A stretch of DNA of 64,000 nucleotides from the NCBI GenBank assembly GCA_045586785.1, contig JAZNBA010000085.1, positions 18,022 through 82,021 of the forward strand, read 5' to 3'. Source of the DNA: Eubacteriales bacterium. Its GTDB lineage: Bacteria > Bacillota > Clostridia > Oscillospirales > CAG-272. Below are positions 18,571-28,550 of this stretch, in pieces (position 1 is the stretch's first letter; every line of letters begins with the position of its first letter). The notes below the pieces were generated by a model. That model saw only the letters and a list, made by a program, of their open reading frames with translations, made no database searches and had not been told where the DNA came from. A program made the translations under genes and the position numbers.

Positions 18571-19392
18571 ATGGAAACTTTTGATAGTTTTTTTGTGTCA
18601 TATATGATTACTCAGAATCCCGGCATGAGTGAAACGTGGAGAGTCGTACTTATTGCGGCGTGTATCTTAGCAAGCGCGGTTATAGCTTATTTGCTCGGTA
18701 GTATCAATACGGCTATTTTACTTTCTAAAATATTTTACAAAGAGGATATTCGTCAGCACGGAAGCGGTAATGCGGGCATGACAAATATGTTGCGCACATA
18801 CGGTAAAGGTGTGGCAGCGCTTACTTTTGCGGGTGATATGCTTAAGTGTGCTATCGCAATGATCATCGGATGGCTGTTGCTTGGTGTTGACGGCATGGAT
18901 ATTGCGGGTCTTTTCTGCGTTATCGGTCATGTATTTCCGTGTTGGTTCAAGTTTGTCGGCGGAAAGGGAATGGCAGTGACCATTATGGTCATGCTGATGA
19001 CAAACTGGCAAGTGGCATTGATACTTATGACAATATTCCTCATTATTGTTTTGGGGACTAAATATATGTCACTGGCTTCTGTCATGGTATCGCTGATGTA
19101 TCCGGTTTTGTTGTCCTCTTGGAATGAAATGGGCTTTATACCGATTGATAAACAACACAATGTCCTTTTTGCAGTGTTGATAACAGGTATAGTCGTAGTT
19201 ATGCATCGCAAGAATATTAAGCGTCTGATAGACAAGACCGAGTCTAAAGTTTCGCTTGGTAAAAAGAAAAAGCAAACCGAGCAAGAGGCGGAATCTGATA
19301 TTTCGGATGCTGTTTCGGAGGAAGGTAAGCCTATGACGGCAAGCTATCGCCGTCAGTTGAACAAGAAAAATAAAAAGGGGAATAAAAAATGA
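18571..19392 (+). CDS. plsY: Glycerol-3-phosphate acyltransferase PlsY, with a Lys-rich C-terminal tail
   Basis: YLLGSINTAI, HGSGNAGMTN and GGKG motifs. GAGGTG SD. Confidence 0.85.
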   Translation: METFDSFFVSYMITQNPGMSETWRVVLIAACILASAVIAYLLGSINTAILLSKIFYKEDIRQHGSGNAGMTNMLRTYGKGVAALTFAGDMLKCAIAMIIGWLLLGVDGMDIAGLFCVIGHVFPCWFKFVGGKGMAVTIMVMLMTNWQVALILMTIFLIIVLGTKYMSLASVMVSLMYPVLLSSWNEMGFIPIDKQHNVLFAVLITGIVVVMHRKNIKRLIDKTESKVSLGKKKKQTEQEAESDISDAVSEEGKPMTASYRRQLNKKNKKGNKK

Positions 19393-20561
19393 ATTCCATA
19401 GCTATCGAGGCATCTACTCGTTTGGCTGAACTCATAATACTTGCGGCGCAACGCGGTGTATTGAAAAAGGCAGTGCTGTCAAAGCCGGATGATATAGATA
19501 TCAAGCGTGCAGAGCTTAGGCGTATTACACTGTCGCGTGGCGAGGCGATCCAACTTGAGATATTCACGTCCGACAACAAGGCGCATCACCGCAATATAAT
19601 GTTGCCGTGTGAGGCAGAGGACATTGAATCAATAATTGCTTGCTATAAGCAGATAAATCTGTTGACTACTGCGGGGGACTGCGAATACAGACGTTCAAAG
19701 TCGGGTAACTCAACTATCATCGGTGATAAGAAACTGTATGATTCAATTATGAAAGGGCAGTCCGATGTAGCCAAAGCTCAAACAAACGACAGAAAAAAAT
19801 CTCACATTTTAAGCGGAAATGAACCGTTTTTGAAGCTTTTGGGCGTGAGCGATGCCAATGGACGGGTATATGATAAAAAGCAATCAAAATTCAGGCAGAT
19901 AAATAAATTTCTTGAACACGTAGAGCAGATTGAAAAATATTTGCCGAATGACAGCATACGTATATGTGATCTTTGCTGCGGAAAAAGCTATCTTTCTTTT
20001 GCCGTGTATCATTATTTTTCCGTGATAAAGGGTATGAACGTCAATATGACAGGTGTGGACTTGAAGTCGGATGTGATCGAGTACTGCTCACAAATTGCAA
20101 ACAAGCTTGGGTTTGGTGGTTTAAGTTTTGTATGCGGTGATATTAATGATTATTATACAGACAGCTTGCCGCAATTGGTTATATCGCTTCACGCTTGTGA
20201 TGTTGCTACGGATATTGTGCTTAACAAGGCGGCTGAGTGGGAAGCCGACGTTATATTATCAACGCCGTGCTGCCACCATGAGCTTAATCACACGCTGAAT
20301 TGTCCCGAGCTTGATTTTATCGCGGAGTATTCTATGCTTCGTCAAAAGCTTTGTGACGCGGCAACGGATGCTATGCGTCTCAAGTTGCTTGAAGCAAAGG
20401 GATATTCTACTGCCGCTCTTGAGCTGATTGACCCCGAGGAAACACCGAAAAATATTATGCTTCGTGCTATCAAACGAAAAGGATTTGATAAAAATGGTGC
20501 AGAGGCACAGCGATTAATGCAGAAATATATTGAAATAAAAGACTTTTTGATTAGAAAATAA
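19389..20561 (+). CDS. Class I SAM-dependent methyltransferase (Methyltransf_32-like), substrate unknown
   Basis: 390 aa. Motif I-like ICDLCCGKSYLS, with LHACD downstream. ATGA overlap with plsY. Confidence 0.5.
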   Translation: MNSIAIEASTRLAELIILAAQRGVLKKAVLSKPDDIDIKRAELRRITLSRGEAIQLEIFTSDNKAHHRNIMLPCEAEDIESIIACYKQINLLTTAGDCEYRRSKSGNSTIIGDKKLYDSIMKGQSDVAKAQTNDRKKSHILSGNEPFLKLLGVSDANGRVYDKKQSKFRQINKFLEHVEQIEKYLPNDSIRICDLCCGKSYLSFAVYHYFSVIKGMNVNMTGVDLKSDVIEYCSQIANKLGFGGLSFVCGDINDYYTDSLPQLVISLHACDVATDIVLNKAAEWEADVILSTPCCHHELNHTLNCPELDFIAEYSMLRQKLCDAATDAMRLKLLEAKGYSTAALELIDPEETPKNIMLRAIKRKGFDKNGAEAQRLMQKYIEIKDFLIRK

Positions 20562-20569
20562 ATAAAAGA

Positions 20570-20598
20570 AAGCCATAGACGGATTTTGTCTATGGCTT
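20570..20598. terminator. Bidirectional terminator between the methyltransferase gene and asd
   Basis: AAGCCATAGAC-ggatttt-GTCTATGGCTT flanked by A/T runs. Confidence 0.75.
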
Positions 20599-20604
20599 AA
20601 ATTT

Positions 20605-21681
20605 TTAGTCTAAGTAGCCGAGTCTGTACAAAAGCTCTGCTGTAAGAACACCGCCGCCGGCTGCGCCGCGGAGCGTGTTATGAGAGAGACCGACAAATTT
20701 ATAATCAAACAGTGTATCTTCGCGAAGTCTGCCTGCGCAAACGCCCATACCGCCGTAAATGTCGCGGTCAAGACCCGCCTGAGGACGGTTATCTTCCTCA
20801 AAATATGTGATGAACTGCTTGGGGGCGTGGGGAAGCCCAAGCTCTTGGGGTAACCCGCGGAACTCTTTCCAAGCCTGAAGTATCTCCTCCTTGGAGGGCT
20901 TGTTTTCGAAGCTGATGAATACGGCTGCTGTATGACCGTCTGTAACGGGAACACGGATGCACTGCGTTGTAATAAGAGGACTTTGCGCCTTAACGATAGT
21001 GCCTTTTTCAATTGTTCCCCAAACGCGCAGAGGCTCCTGCTCGCTCTTTTCTTCTTCTCCGCCAATGTAGGGAATTATATTGTCCTGCATTTCGGGCCAC
21101 TCGCGGAATGTTTTACCTGCACCGGATATAGCCTGATATGTAGTAGCAACAATACTTGTAGGCTTGAATTTGAGCAGGGGAGTTATCATGGGAACATATG
21201 ACTGGATAGAGCAATTGGGTTTAACCGCGATAAAGCCGCGACGAGTTCCAAGGCGCGCGCGCTGTGCCTCGATTACCTTGAGGTGATCGGGGTTGATCTC
21301 GGGGATTATCATAGGAACGTCTGGAGTCCAGCGGTTTGCGGAGTTGTTGGAAACTACGGGGATCTCTGCTTTGGCGTAAGCTTCTTCAAGCGCAAGTATT
21401 TCATCCTTTTTCATGTCAACTGCGCAGAAAACAAAGTCTACAAGCTTTGCCATTTCGTCTATATGTGATGCATCAATAACTGTCATAGATGCGGCAAATG
21501 CGGGCATTGGAGTTTTAAGCTTCCAGCGACCGTTGAGTGCTTCCTCATATGTTTTTCCGGCAGAACGGGAGGATGCTGCAAGTGCGGTGACTTCAAAATA
21601 GGGATGGTTATCAAGCAATGTCAGAAATCTTTGACCTACCATGCCTGTTGCGCCGATTATACCGGCTCTGAGCTTTTTCAT
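20605..21681 (-). CDS. asd: Aspartate-semialdehyde dehydrogenase
   Basis: IIGATGMVGQRF Rossmann N-terminus, active-site NCS (KPNCSIQ), and the C-terminal LRGAAGG motif. Start moved to ATG 21681 (GGAGATAAATCT-ATG); the ORF-track start at 21702 is a TTG that lies on top of the SD. Confidence 0.9.
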   Translation of the reverse strand: MKKLRAGIIGATGMVGQRFLTLLDNHPYFEVTALAASSRSAGKTYEEALNGRWKLKTPMPAFAASMTVIDASHIDEMAKLVDFVFCAVDMKKDEILALEEAYAKAEIPVVSNNSANRWTPDVPMIIPEINPDHLKVIEAQRARLGTRRGFIAVKPNCSIQSYVPMITPLLKFKPTSIVATTYQAISGAGKTFREWPEMQDNIIPYIGGEEEKSEQEPLRVWGTIEKGTIVKAQSPLITTQCIRVPVTDGHTAAVFISFENKPSKEEILQAWKEFRGLPQELGLPHAPKQFITYFEEDNRPQAGLDRDIYGGMGVCAGRLREDTLFDYKFVGLSHNTLRGAAGGGVLTAELLYRLGYLD

Positions 21682-21766
21682 AGATTTATCTCCATTATGC
21701 AAAAAATTTAATAAAAATATAATATCACATTATTTAGCTAAAATCAATATGTATTATGAACAATAT

Positions 21767-22636
21767 TTATTTTTGGTGCACTGTTTTATATATATCATTT
21801 TTCGGTACACCTCGGTCATGCGCCACATTCTTTATGGCATCACGAATATCTATACCACTACTTGTATAATATTCAAGATGCTGTTCAACGGTCATTTCTT
21901 GCCAAAAGCAATCAGAGGCGGTAGATTCAGCACCGGATACGACCAGAACGTATTCGCCTCGCGGTTGATTTTCTTCGTAATGTTTTATTGCATTACCGAG
22001 TGTAGTTCGTATAGTTTGCTCGTTTAATTTTGTCAACTCACGGCAAAGCGTGATTTTTCTGCTTTCTCCAAATGCTGCGGAGAGATCTGATAATGTAGCT
22101 TTGAGTTTATGAGGTGCTTCATGAAAGATCATGGTGCGACCTTCATTTTTTAAGGCATCCAATCGCGCACGGCGTTCCGCTTTTGCTGTGGGCAAGAAGC
22201 CTTCGAAGCAAAAGCGCGCTGTGGCAAGACCGGAAAGTGTAAGAGCGCATATGGCTGCACACGCGCCGGGAACGGATATGACGGTTATATTATTATCGGC
22301 GCACAAACGCACAAGATCTTCTCCGGGATCGCTTATGGCCGGAGTGCCGGCATCGGTTATAAGCGCGCATGATTCGCCTTGAGAAAGACGTTGTACAATA
22401 ATTTGACCGTGCTCTCGTTTGTTATGCTCAAAATACGATACCATTGGTTTGGAAATGCCGAAATGCGTTAATAAACGCAAAGAATTTCGAGTGTCCTCGG
22501 CGGCTATGAAATCCACTTCGGATAAAACTTTGAGAGCGCGTTCAGATATATCAGAAAGGTTGCCAATGGGGGTTGCTACTAAATACAAGCAACCTTCAAG
22601 TGTTATGTTTTTTTCGCTTGATATATTTTTGGACAT
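21767..22636 (-). CDS. rsmI: 16S rRNA (cytidine1402-2'-O)-methyltransferase
   Basis: LYLVATPIGNLSDIS, AEDTR and DAGTPAISDPG motifs. Start set at ATG 22636 (MSKNISS); the 64 upstream codons of the ORF track look non-coding. Confidence 0.85.
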   Translation of the reverse strand: MSKNISSEKNITLEGCLYLVATPIGNLSDISERALKVLSEVDFIAAEDTRNSLRLLTHFGISKPMVSYFEHNKREHGQIIVQRLSQGESCALITDAGTPAISDPGEDLVRLCADNNITVISVPGACAAICALTLSGLATARFCFEGFLPTAKAERRARLDALKNEGRTMIFHEAPHKLKATLSDLSAAFGESRKITLCRELTKLNEQTIRTTLGNAIKHYEENQPRGEYVLVVSGAESTASDCFWQEMTVEQHLEYYTSSGIDIRDAIKNVAHDRGVPKNDIYKTVHQK

Positions 22637-22720
22637 TTTGTTAAGACCGCCTTTCTTTGGTACGCACATGCAGTTTTTCGAATATACTTTAATGAGAAGA
22701 AAAAATTTGCGAGGGTAAAT

Positions 22721-23287
22721 ATGGCAATAAAAATTTATATTGATCAAGGCCACAATCCTGTAAATCCGAATGCGGGAGCAGAGGGCAATGGAATTCGTGA
22801 GCAGGATGTTGTATATACTATAGGGCAAGAGTTAGCGGCACTGTTGCGTAATGACGATAGATTTGATGTAAAGCTATCACGTCCTACCCCAAATACCCAG
22901 CTCGGTGTTTCCAATACTACCAGCTTAGCAGCACGCGTTAATGATGCGAATTCATGGGGAGCTGATTATTTTATCAGCTTACACACAAATGCTTCTGATA
23001 TTTCAAGTGCAAGTGGCAGCGAAGCGTTTGCATATTCTAGAACTTCTGAGGGATTTGCACTTGGACAACGCATACTTTATTGGCTGAATAATATTACAGG
23101 ACTTACAAACAGAGGTGTTTTTGCGCGTCCGGGACTTTACATATTGCGTAAGACACAAATGCCCTCTGTGCTTGTCGAGCTTGGCTTTATCACCAACTAT
23201 TATGACGCTAATCTTATGAATACACGCCCCGACTTGTTTGCGCGAGGCGTGTATTACGGTTTGCTTGATTATTTTGGATTACTTTGA
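22721..23287 (+). CDS. N-acetylmuramoyl-L-alanine amidase (Amidase_3 family), no signal peptide
   Basis: IDQGHN...GA.G.G..E, SLHTNA and ELGFITN motifs. Confidence 0.7.
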   Translation: MAIKIYIDQGHNPVNPNAGAEGNGIREQDVVYTIGQELAALLRNDDRFDVKLSRPTPNTQLGVSNTTSLAARVNDANSWGADYFISLHTNASDISSASGSEAFAYSRTSEGFALGQRILYWLNNITGLTNRGVFARPGLYILRKTQMPSVLVELGFITNYYDANLMNTRPDLFARGVYYGLLDYFGLL

Positions 23288-24049
23288 AGCTTTAATAAGA
23301 ATACGTATTGCCTCGACAGCAGCTTTTATGGCAGGTGAGGTATCATGATTTTCGTCGTTTGCTGTGTCAAGACCTGCATTGGCACGCTCTTGGTTCCACA
23401 CTACACTGAAAACTGCGCCTGTTTTTATTCCAAGCGATGCTCCTACTGTAAACAGAGTAGAGGCTTCCATTTCACTTGCAAGAACGCCAAGGCGTTTCCA
23501 AGCCTCCCATTTGTTGTTTAATTCATTGCATGTCGGCATTCTGTTAGGAGAATGCTGACCGTAAAATGAGTCCTTGCTTTGTACTACACCAATGTGGTGA
23601 GGCAAATTCTGCTGTGTTACAGCTTGGAGCAGCGCGAACATCACGTTAGCGTCGGAGACAGCGGGGAATTCTATAGGAGCATATTCGCGGCTTGTCCCGT
23701 CCTGGCGCACGGCACCGGAAGCAATAACAATATCACCACTATGAACATTGAGCGAAATTCCTCCGCATGTTCCTACACGTATCATGGTTGTAACGCCGCA
23801 GGCGGCGAGCTCTTCCACGGCGATTGCTGTAGAAGGACCGCCAATACCTGTTGAGCAAACTAAAATACGTTCGCCTTCAAGTGAGCCGCTCCAAATATTA
23901 TATTCGCGATTGAAACTTATCTGTTCCGCTTTGTCAAATAATTGAGCAATTTTTTGGCAACGTCCGGGATCGCCGGGAAGAATTGCGTATTTTGCTCCAT
24001 CATTTTGAGAAATATTAATGTGGTATTGCAGAGTATGGCTATCCAACAT
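23279..24049 (-). CDS. udp: Uridine phosphorylase (NP-I family)
   Basis: Collinear with E. coli Udp: LPGDPGR, VCSTGIGGPSTAIAVEELA, EFPAV and EME motifs. Confidence 0.8.
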   Translation of the reverse strand: MLDSHTLQYHINISQNDGAKYAILPGDPGRCQKIAQLFDKAEQISFNREYNIWSGSLEGERILVCSTGIGGPSTAIAVEELAACGVTTMIRVGTCGGISLNVHSGDIVIASGAVRQDGTSREYAPIEFPAVSDANVMFALLQAVTQQNLPHHIGVVQSKDSFYGQHSPNRMPTCNELNNKWEAWKRLGVLASEMEASTLFTVGASLGIKTGAVFSVVWNQERANAGLDTANDENHDTSPAIKAAVEAIRILIKASK

Positions 24050-24127
24050 AGAAATAAATGCTCCTCCCGGTAATTAGTTCTTTATTGAAATAGAAAATAG
24101 AGGGGTATATTATTAAAGCAACATTTG

Positions 24128-25003
24128 TTAGTTTATTGCAATATCATATGAGAAGTCGAAGCAGTCGCCCGGAGTCAATCTGACCATTTCGGGCTTAGTC
24201 GCGATATCTTCGGGTTTGCCGTCGGCACCGGGAAGACCTATCCATGGTTCCATGCAGACGAAGGGAGCTTCTGTGAGGTTAGTATGCCACAGGCCAAAAT
24301 ATCTTACTTGCGGGCATGTCAAAGTTACAGAACGACTGTCCTTATCAGATGCAAGTACAAATGTCGTGGGAACATCTTTGAAGAAAATAGCATCATTGTC
24401 AAACAGACTGTGCTTGAGGTCAATATAGCGTCCGTCTCTGAGAGGATATTTTTCATATTCGCCGGTTACCAGGCATGCCTTTGAAAATACCATTTGCGAG
24501 AGATTGCCAATGTTCCCAAAGTCTATGTAATAATCATCGAACTTCAGGCCGTCTGCAAGCGGAACATTGAAGCCGGGATGACCTCCTGTGGAGAAGGGCA
24601 GTATTTTATCGCCATTGTTTGTAACAGTAGTGAGGCAGTGAACGGAATTTTCCTTGAGAGTATAACTGATTTTCAATTCAAAATCAAAGGGGAATATTTT
24701 TTTTGTTTCGTCATTGCCGATGAGTTTGAACCTCAGCGTGTCATCTGTTTTAGACTCCAGTTCGAATTCGGTGAATCGTGCAAATCCGTGACAGCGCATT
24801 TCGTAAGTTTGGTCTTCACAGGTATATTTGTTTTCGAACAATCTTCCGCAGACGGGGAAAATATTTGATGCGCGTGAATTCCAATAGGGGGCAGTGCCTT
24901 GCCATAGATATTCTGTTCCGTCAGTGCTTTTGATAGAAAACAGCTCAGCGCCACAGGTGTTTACCGCAATGGATATTTTATCGTTATGAATTTCGTGTAT
25001 CAT
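24128..25003 (-). CDS. Aldose 1-epimerase family protein (LacX-like)
   Basis: 291 aa. GAEL.S, HGFAR, GGHPGF and EPW motifs of the mutarotase fold. Confidence 0.7.
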   Translation of the reverse strand: MIHEIHNDKISIAVNTCGAELFSIKSTDGTEYLWQGTAPYWNSRASNIFPVCGRLFENKYTCEDQTYEMRCHGFARFTEFELESKTDDTLRFKLIGNDETKKIFPFDFELKISYTLKENSVHCLTTVTNNGDKILPFSTGGHPGFNVPLADGLKFDDYYIDFGNIGNLSQMVFSKACLVTGEYEKYPLRDGRYIDLKHSLFDNDAIFFKDVPTTFVLASDKDSRSVTLTCPQVRYFGLWHTNLTEAPFVCMEPWIGLPGADGKPEDIATKPEMVRLTPGDCFDFSYDIAIN

Positions 25004-25082
25004 AGCATACTCCTTTTGTTTTTTATAATAATATTATAACATATGTTGCCGATAAAATCAATAACAATACAGAGGATAAACG

Positions 25083-26096
25083 TTGGATAAAATTATAAAT
25101 TTAAACACGGGTATTATATCGGCTGCGTCTGCGGTCGGTCGAATGGAAGCTGACGGACCGCTCGGAAATTTGTTTGATATTAAAGACGAAACCGATAAAT
25201 ACGGAATGGATAGCTTTGAACGAGCAGAGGCTGCAATGCAACGTGCGGCTATGAATGTTGCTATTTCGAAGGCAGGAGTATCACCGACTAAGATAGAGGC
25301 GCTGTTTGCAGGTGATCTTATGAATCAATGTACAAGTTCTGCATATGGAATGCTTAGCTTTGACATTCCTTATTTTGGACTTTATGGCGCATGTTCTACT
25401 GCGGCTGAATCTATAATGTTGGCAGCTATTACGACCTCTACCGGAATATTTGATTGCGCCGCGGCAATTACATCGTCTCACTATTGTACTGCAGAGCGCC
25501 AGTACCGTTCACCGCTTGAATATGGCGCTCAACGTCCGCCTACCGCGCAATGGACTGTTACGGGCTCGGGCGCATTCGTGATAGGAAAAAACGGAAATGT
25601 TCGTATTACAGGTGCATTGCCCGGTATTGTTCATGAGAGGGGGATTCATGATGCCAATAATATGGGGGCTGCTATGGCTCCTGCGGCGGCAGATACGATA
25701 CTTCGATATTATGCGTACTGCGGCGGTAATTTGGACGGTATTGATATGATAGTTACAGGGGACCTTGGAAAAGAAGGTCTTGAGATATTAAAAGATCTTG
25801 TTGGAAGAGATAAGACTGATATTATATCAAAGCTTGATGACTGTGGAAAAATTATATATGATCTTGAAAGTCAGGATGTGCATTGCGGAGGGTCCGGCTG
25901 TGGATGTTCGGCGGTTGTGCTTGCCTCATATTTATTGCCACAATTAGAAAATGGTAGTATTAATGGTCTGTTATTTATTGGAACAGGGGCGATGATGAGT
26001 CCTATGACTATCCAACAGGGTGAGGGAATACCTGCTATTGCCCATTTGATCAAGTTTGAAACCGGGAATAAAAAATATGATTATAGAATATATTAA
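25083..26096 (+). CDS. spoVAD: Stage V sporulation protein AD (thiolase-fold DPA-channel subunit)
   Basis: 337 aa with a TTG start. GPLG..FD, GDL.NQ, ACST and TGDLG motifs are collinear with SpoVAD. Confidence 0.85.
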   Translation: MDKIINLNTGIISAASAVGRMEADGPLGNLFDIKDETDKYGMDSFERAEAAMQRAAMNVAISKAGVSPTKIEALFAGDLMNQCTSSAYGMLSFDIPYFGLYGACSTAAESIMLAAITTSTGIFDCAAAITSSHYCTAERQYRSPLEYGAQRPPTAQWTVTGSGAFVIGKNGNVRITGALPGIVHERGIHDANNMGAAMAPAAADTILRYYAYCGGNLDGIDMIVTGDLGKEGLEILKDLVGRDKTDIISKLDDCGKIIYDLESQDVHCGGSGCGCSAVVLASYLLPQLENGSINGLLFIGTGAMMSPMTIQQGEGIPAIAHLIKFETGNKKYDYRIY

Positions 26097-26439
26097 AGCA
26101 TTTGTTTTTGGTGGCTTATTATGTGTTATAGCTCAAATTCTGTTGGATAAGACTAGATTAACACCGGCAAGAATACTTGTGGGGTACGTAGTTGCGGGGG
26201 TTGTTTTAGGCGCAATAGGCGTGTACGCACCGTTTGCAGATTTTGCAGGCGCAGGCGCAACTACGCCCTTGACAGGATTTGGATATATTATATTTAAGGG
26301 CATTACCGAGGATGTAGATAAAAACGGTTTGCTTGGCATTTTTACAGGTGCGCTGCGAGCTGCGGCCGGAGGAACAGCCGCAGCATTGGTGTTTGGATAT
26401 ATGATGGCGATGTTTTTTAAGAGCAGATCCAAAGCTTGA
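26077..26439 (+). CDS. spoVAE: Stage V sporulation protein AE (SpoVAEB, SpoVAC/SpoVAEB family)
   Basis: 120 aa. FVFGGLLCVIAQ..LD.T.LTPA and DFAGAGATTPLTGFG match SpoVAEB closely. Start set at ATG 26077. Confidence 0.8.
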   Translation: MIIEYIKAFVFGGLLCVIAQILLDKTRLTPARILVGYVVAGVVLGAIGVYAPFADFAGAGATTPLTGFGYIIFKGITEDVDKNGLLGIFTGALRAAAGGTAAALVFGYMMAMFFKSRSKA

Positions 26440-26442
26440 TTT

Positions 26443-27138
26443 TTAAGTATTGCTATCGCCTGTAAAAGCATTAAAAAGTTTTTCCAACGCGCCTTTTTCA
26501 ATTCGGCTGACATACGATCGGGATATCCCCAGTATGTCAGCTGTTTGTTGTTGAGTGTATTGGCATGTGTTGTATAAGCCATATCGCATTATAATTATTT
26601 GTCTTTCTCGTTTTGTAAGCACTGTATGGATATATTTTAACATTCTATCGGTCTGCATTTTAAGATCGACCTCATCGGTTATTGAATCTTCGCAACTTAT
26701 GACATCTATATATGTAAGAGGATTACCGTCACGATCCATATCTATAGTTTCGTTTATTGAAACCTCGTTTGATAGTTTTTTTTGAGAGCGAAAGTACATT
26801 AATATTTCATTCTGTATGCATTTAGCAGCATATGTGGCAAATTTGGTATGTTTACTTCCGTCAAAGCTGTCTACCGCTTTAACAAGTCCTATGGAACCAA
26901 CGGATATAAGGTCTTCTTGCGACTTGCTTCCAGAATAATATTTTCTTACTATATGAGCCACAAGCCTGAGATTATGAAGTATTAATTTTTGGCGCGACTG
27001 CGTATCACCGGATTTCATGAGTTTAAAATACTCGGCTTCTTGTTCAGGTGGTAAAGGTGGCGGAAAGGATTGAGTGTTACCAACACTCAACATCAATCCA
27101 AGAAGATGCGAGAAAACAGAAAAAATATAAGTAAACAT
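26443..27138 (-). CDS. sigK: Sporulation sigma factor SigK (pro-sigma-K), uninterrupted
   Basis: Short hydrophobic pro-sequence followed by FPPPLPPEQE..Y...KSGD. HNLRLVAHIVRKY matches SigK rather than SigE. Regions 2-4 are complete in one ORF. Confidence 0.8.
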   Translation of the reverse strand: MFTYIFSVFSHLLGLMLSVGNTQSFPPPLPPEQEAEYFKLMKSGDTQSRQKLILHNLRLVAHIVRKYYSGSKSQEDLISVGSIGLVKAVDSFDGSKHTKFATYAAKCIQNEILMYFRSQKKLSNEVSINETIDMDRDGNPLTYIDVISCEDSITDEVDLKMQTDRMLKYIHTVLTKRERQIIIMRYGLYNTCQYTQQQTADILGISRSYVSRIEKGALEKLFNAFTGDSNT

Positions 27139-27232
27139 AATTACCTCCGATATTCTTTTTTGATAATATATGGTCTATATGCTTGTCAAGTTGCTATTAA
27201 AATATAATATTATATTTTAGCAAGTAGTTATA

Positions 27233-27261
27233 TTGACAATTTAGGGCAAAAGTGATAAAAT
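27233..27261 (+). promoter_or_regulatory. Candidate sigma-A promoter of the phosphofructokinase gene
   Basis: TTGACA, then 17 nt, then TGaTAAAAT. Confidence 0.55.
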
Positions 27262-27297
27262 AAAAAAAATAATGAAGAATAGAGGTAATCATATATT

Positions 27298-28539
27298 ATG
27301 AAACAGTTAATAGGTAACGCTGTTGTTGGACAGTCAGGAGGCCCGACTGCTGCTATTAATGCAACGTTGGCAGGCGTTATCCGAGGCGTTAAAGAAAATG
27401 TCCACAACGGAAGTATTCGCACTCTTTACGGTATGCGTAATGGTGTTGAGGGCTTGCTCGAAGAGAGATTGGTAGACCTTACTGAGTTCTTTGCAGATGA
27501 TGCTAAAATAACAACTCTTGAAAACACACCTGCAGCAGCACTCGGTTCTTGCAGAAAGAAACTTCCTGATCCGGAAAAAGACACAGAAGTTTTCGAAAAA
27601 TTATTGTCTATTTTTAAAAAATACGATATACGTTACTTTTTCTATATAGGTGGTAACGATTCTATGGATACCGTTGCCAAACTGTCGGCATATACCAAGG
27701 GACACGATTATGAAATGTGCATTATGGGTATTCCAAAGACAATTGATAACGACCTTGTAGTTACCGATCATACACCCGGATATGGTTCAGCGGCAAAATA
27801 TATAGCTGTAACAATGCAGGAAATATTGCGGGATTGTGCCGTATATACTACCAAAGCGGTCACTATTGTTGAGATAATGGGTCGTGACGCAGGATGGCTC
27901 ACAGCGGCATCGGCTATTGGACGCAATGTTAGCGGCTTTGGACCGGATCTTGTTTATCTGCCAGAGCGCAACTTTGATATGGATGAGTTTTTTGAGGATC
28001 TTAATGACATATTAAATGATCATCCTAATGTGGTTGTCGCGGTATCCGAGGGCATTCATTTCGCGGATGGTACGTATGTTTGCGAGGGAACAAGCAGTGG
28101 TGCAGTAGACGTATTTGGACACAAGGCTCTTTCCGGAACGGGCAAAGCATTGGAGTTGGCCGTTAAGGCTAAGCTTGGTTGTAAGGTTCGTTCTATAGAA
28201 CTGAATCTTCCTCAACGTTGCGCGGCTCATCTTGCTTCCAAAACAGATATTGATGAATCTGTGTGTGTAGGAAGAGCGGCCGTTAAAGCGGCGTCTGAAG
28301 GTGTAACACGTCAAATGATGACTATTGAGAGGGTTTCTACTTCACCGTATGTTACACGAATTTCACATTCCGATGTTTCTGAAATTGCAAATAAGATAAA
28401 ATGGGTAGATGAGAAATTTATCAATACTCGCGGCAATAATGTTACCGATGAATGCGTTGAGTACCTGTTGCCGTTGATTGAAGGAGAAACTAATCCCGAA
28501 TATAAATACGGCATCCCGCTCCACCTCACAATTCAGTAA
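27298..28539 (+). CDS. pfp: Phosphofructokinase, probably diphosphate-dependent (PPi-PFK)
   Basis: GQSGGPTAAINA, GGNDS and PKTIDND motifs. Asp in the GGxDS motif and Lys in PKTIDND are the positions classically associated with PPi rather than ATP use. Confidence 0.75.
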   Translation: MKQLIGNAVVGQSGGPTAAINATLAGVIRGVKENVHNGSIRTLYGMRNGVEGLLEERLVDLTEFFADDAKITTLENTPAAALGSCRKKLPDPEKDTEVFEKLLSIFKKYDIRYFFYIGGNDSMDTVAKLSAYTKGHDYEMCIMGIPKTIDNDLVVTDHTPGYGSAAKYIAVTMQEILRDCAVYTTKAVTIVEIMGRDAGWLTAASAIGRNVSGFGPDLVYLPERNFDMDEFFEDLNDILNDHPNVVVAVSEGIHFADGTYVCEGTSSGAVDVFGHKALSGTGKALELAVKAKLGCKVRSIELNLPQRCAAHLASKTDIDESVCVGRAAVKAASEGVTRQMMTIERVSTSPYVTRISHSDVSEIANKIKWVDEKFINTRGNNVTDECVEYLLPLIEGETNPEYKYGIPLHLTIQ

Positions 28540-28550
28540 ATTATACATAA

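Noticed and set aside
21682-22828. N-terminal extensions suggested by the ORF track for asd (TTG 21702) and rsmI (22828). Similar extensions occur for mazG, hup, mecA, murE, murF, ftsW, ftsZ, rpsJ and rplV.
   Set aside because: In each case the extension lacks an SD, and an internal ATG with a good SD coincides with the conserved family N-terminus. The extensions are treated as non-coding.
23279-23287. 9-nt overlap of the convergent 3' ends of the amidase gene and udp, with no terminator between them.
   Set aside because: The overlap is real in the sequence, but short convergent overlaps are common. There is no evidence of antisense regulation.
26443-27138. Possible skin-type intervening element in sigK.
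   Set aside because: sigK is a single uninterrupted 231-aa ORF containing the pro-sequence and regions 2-4. No recombinase gene is nearby.
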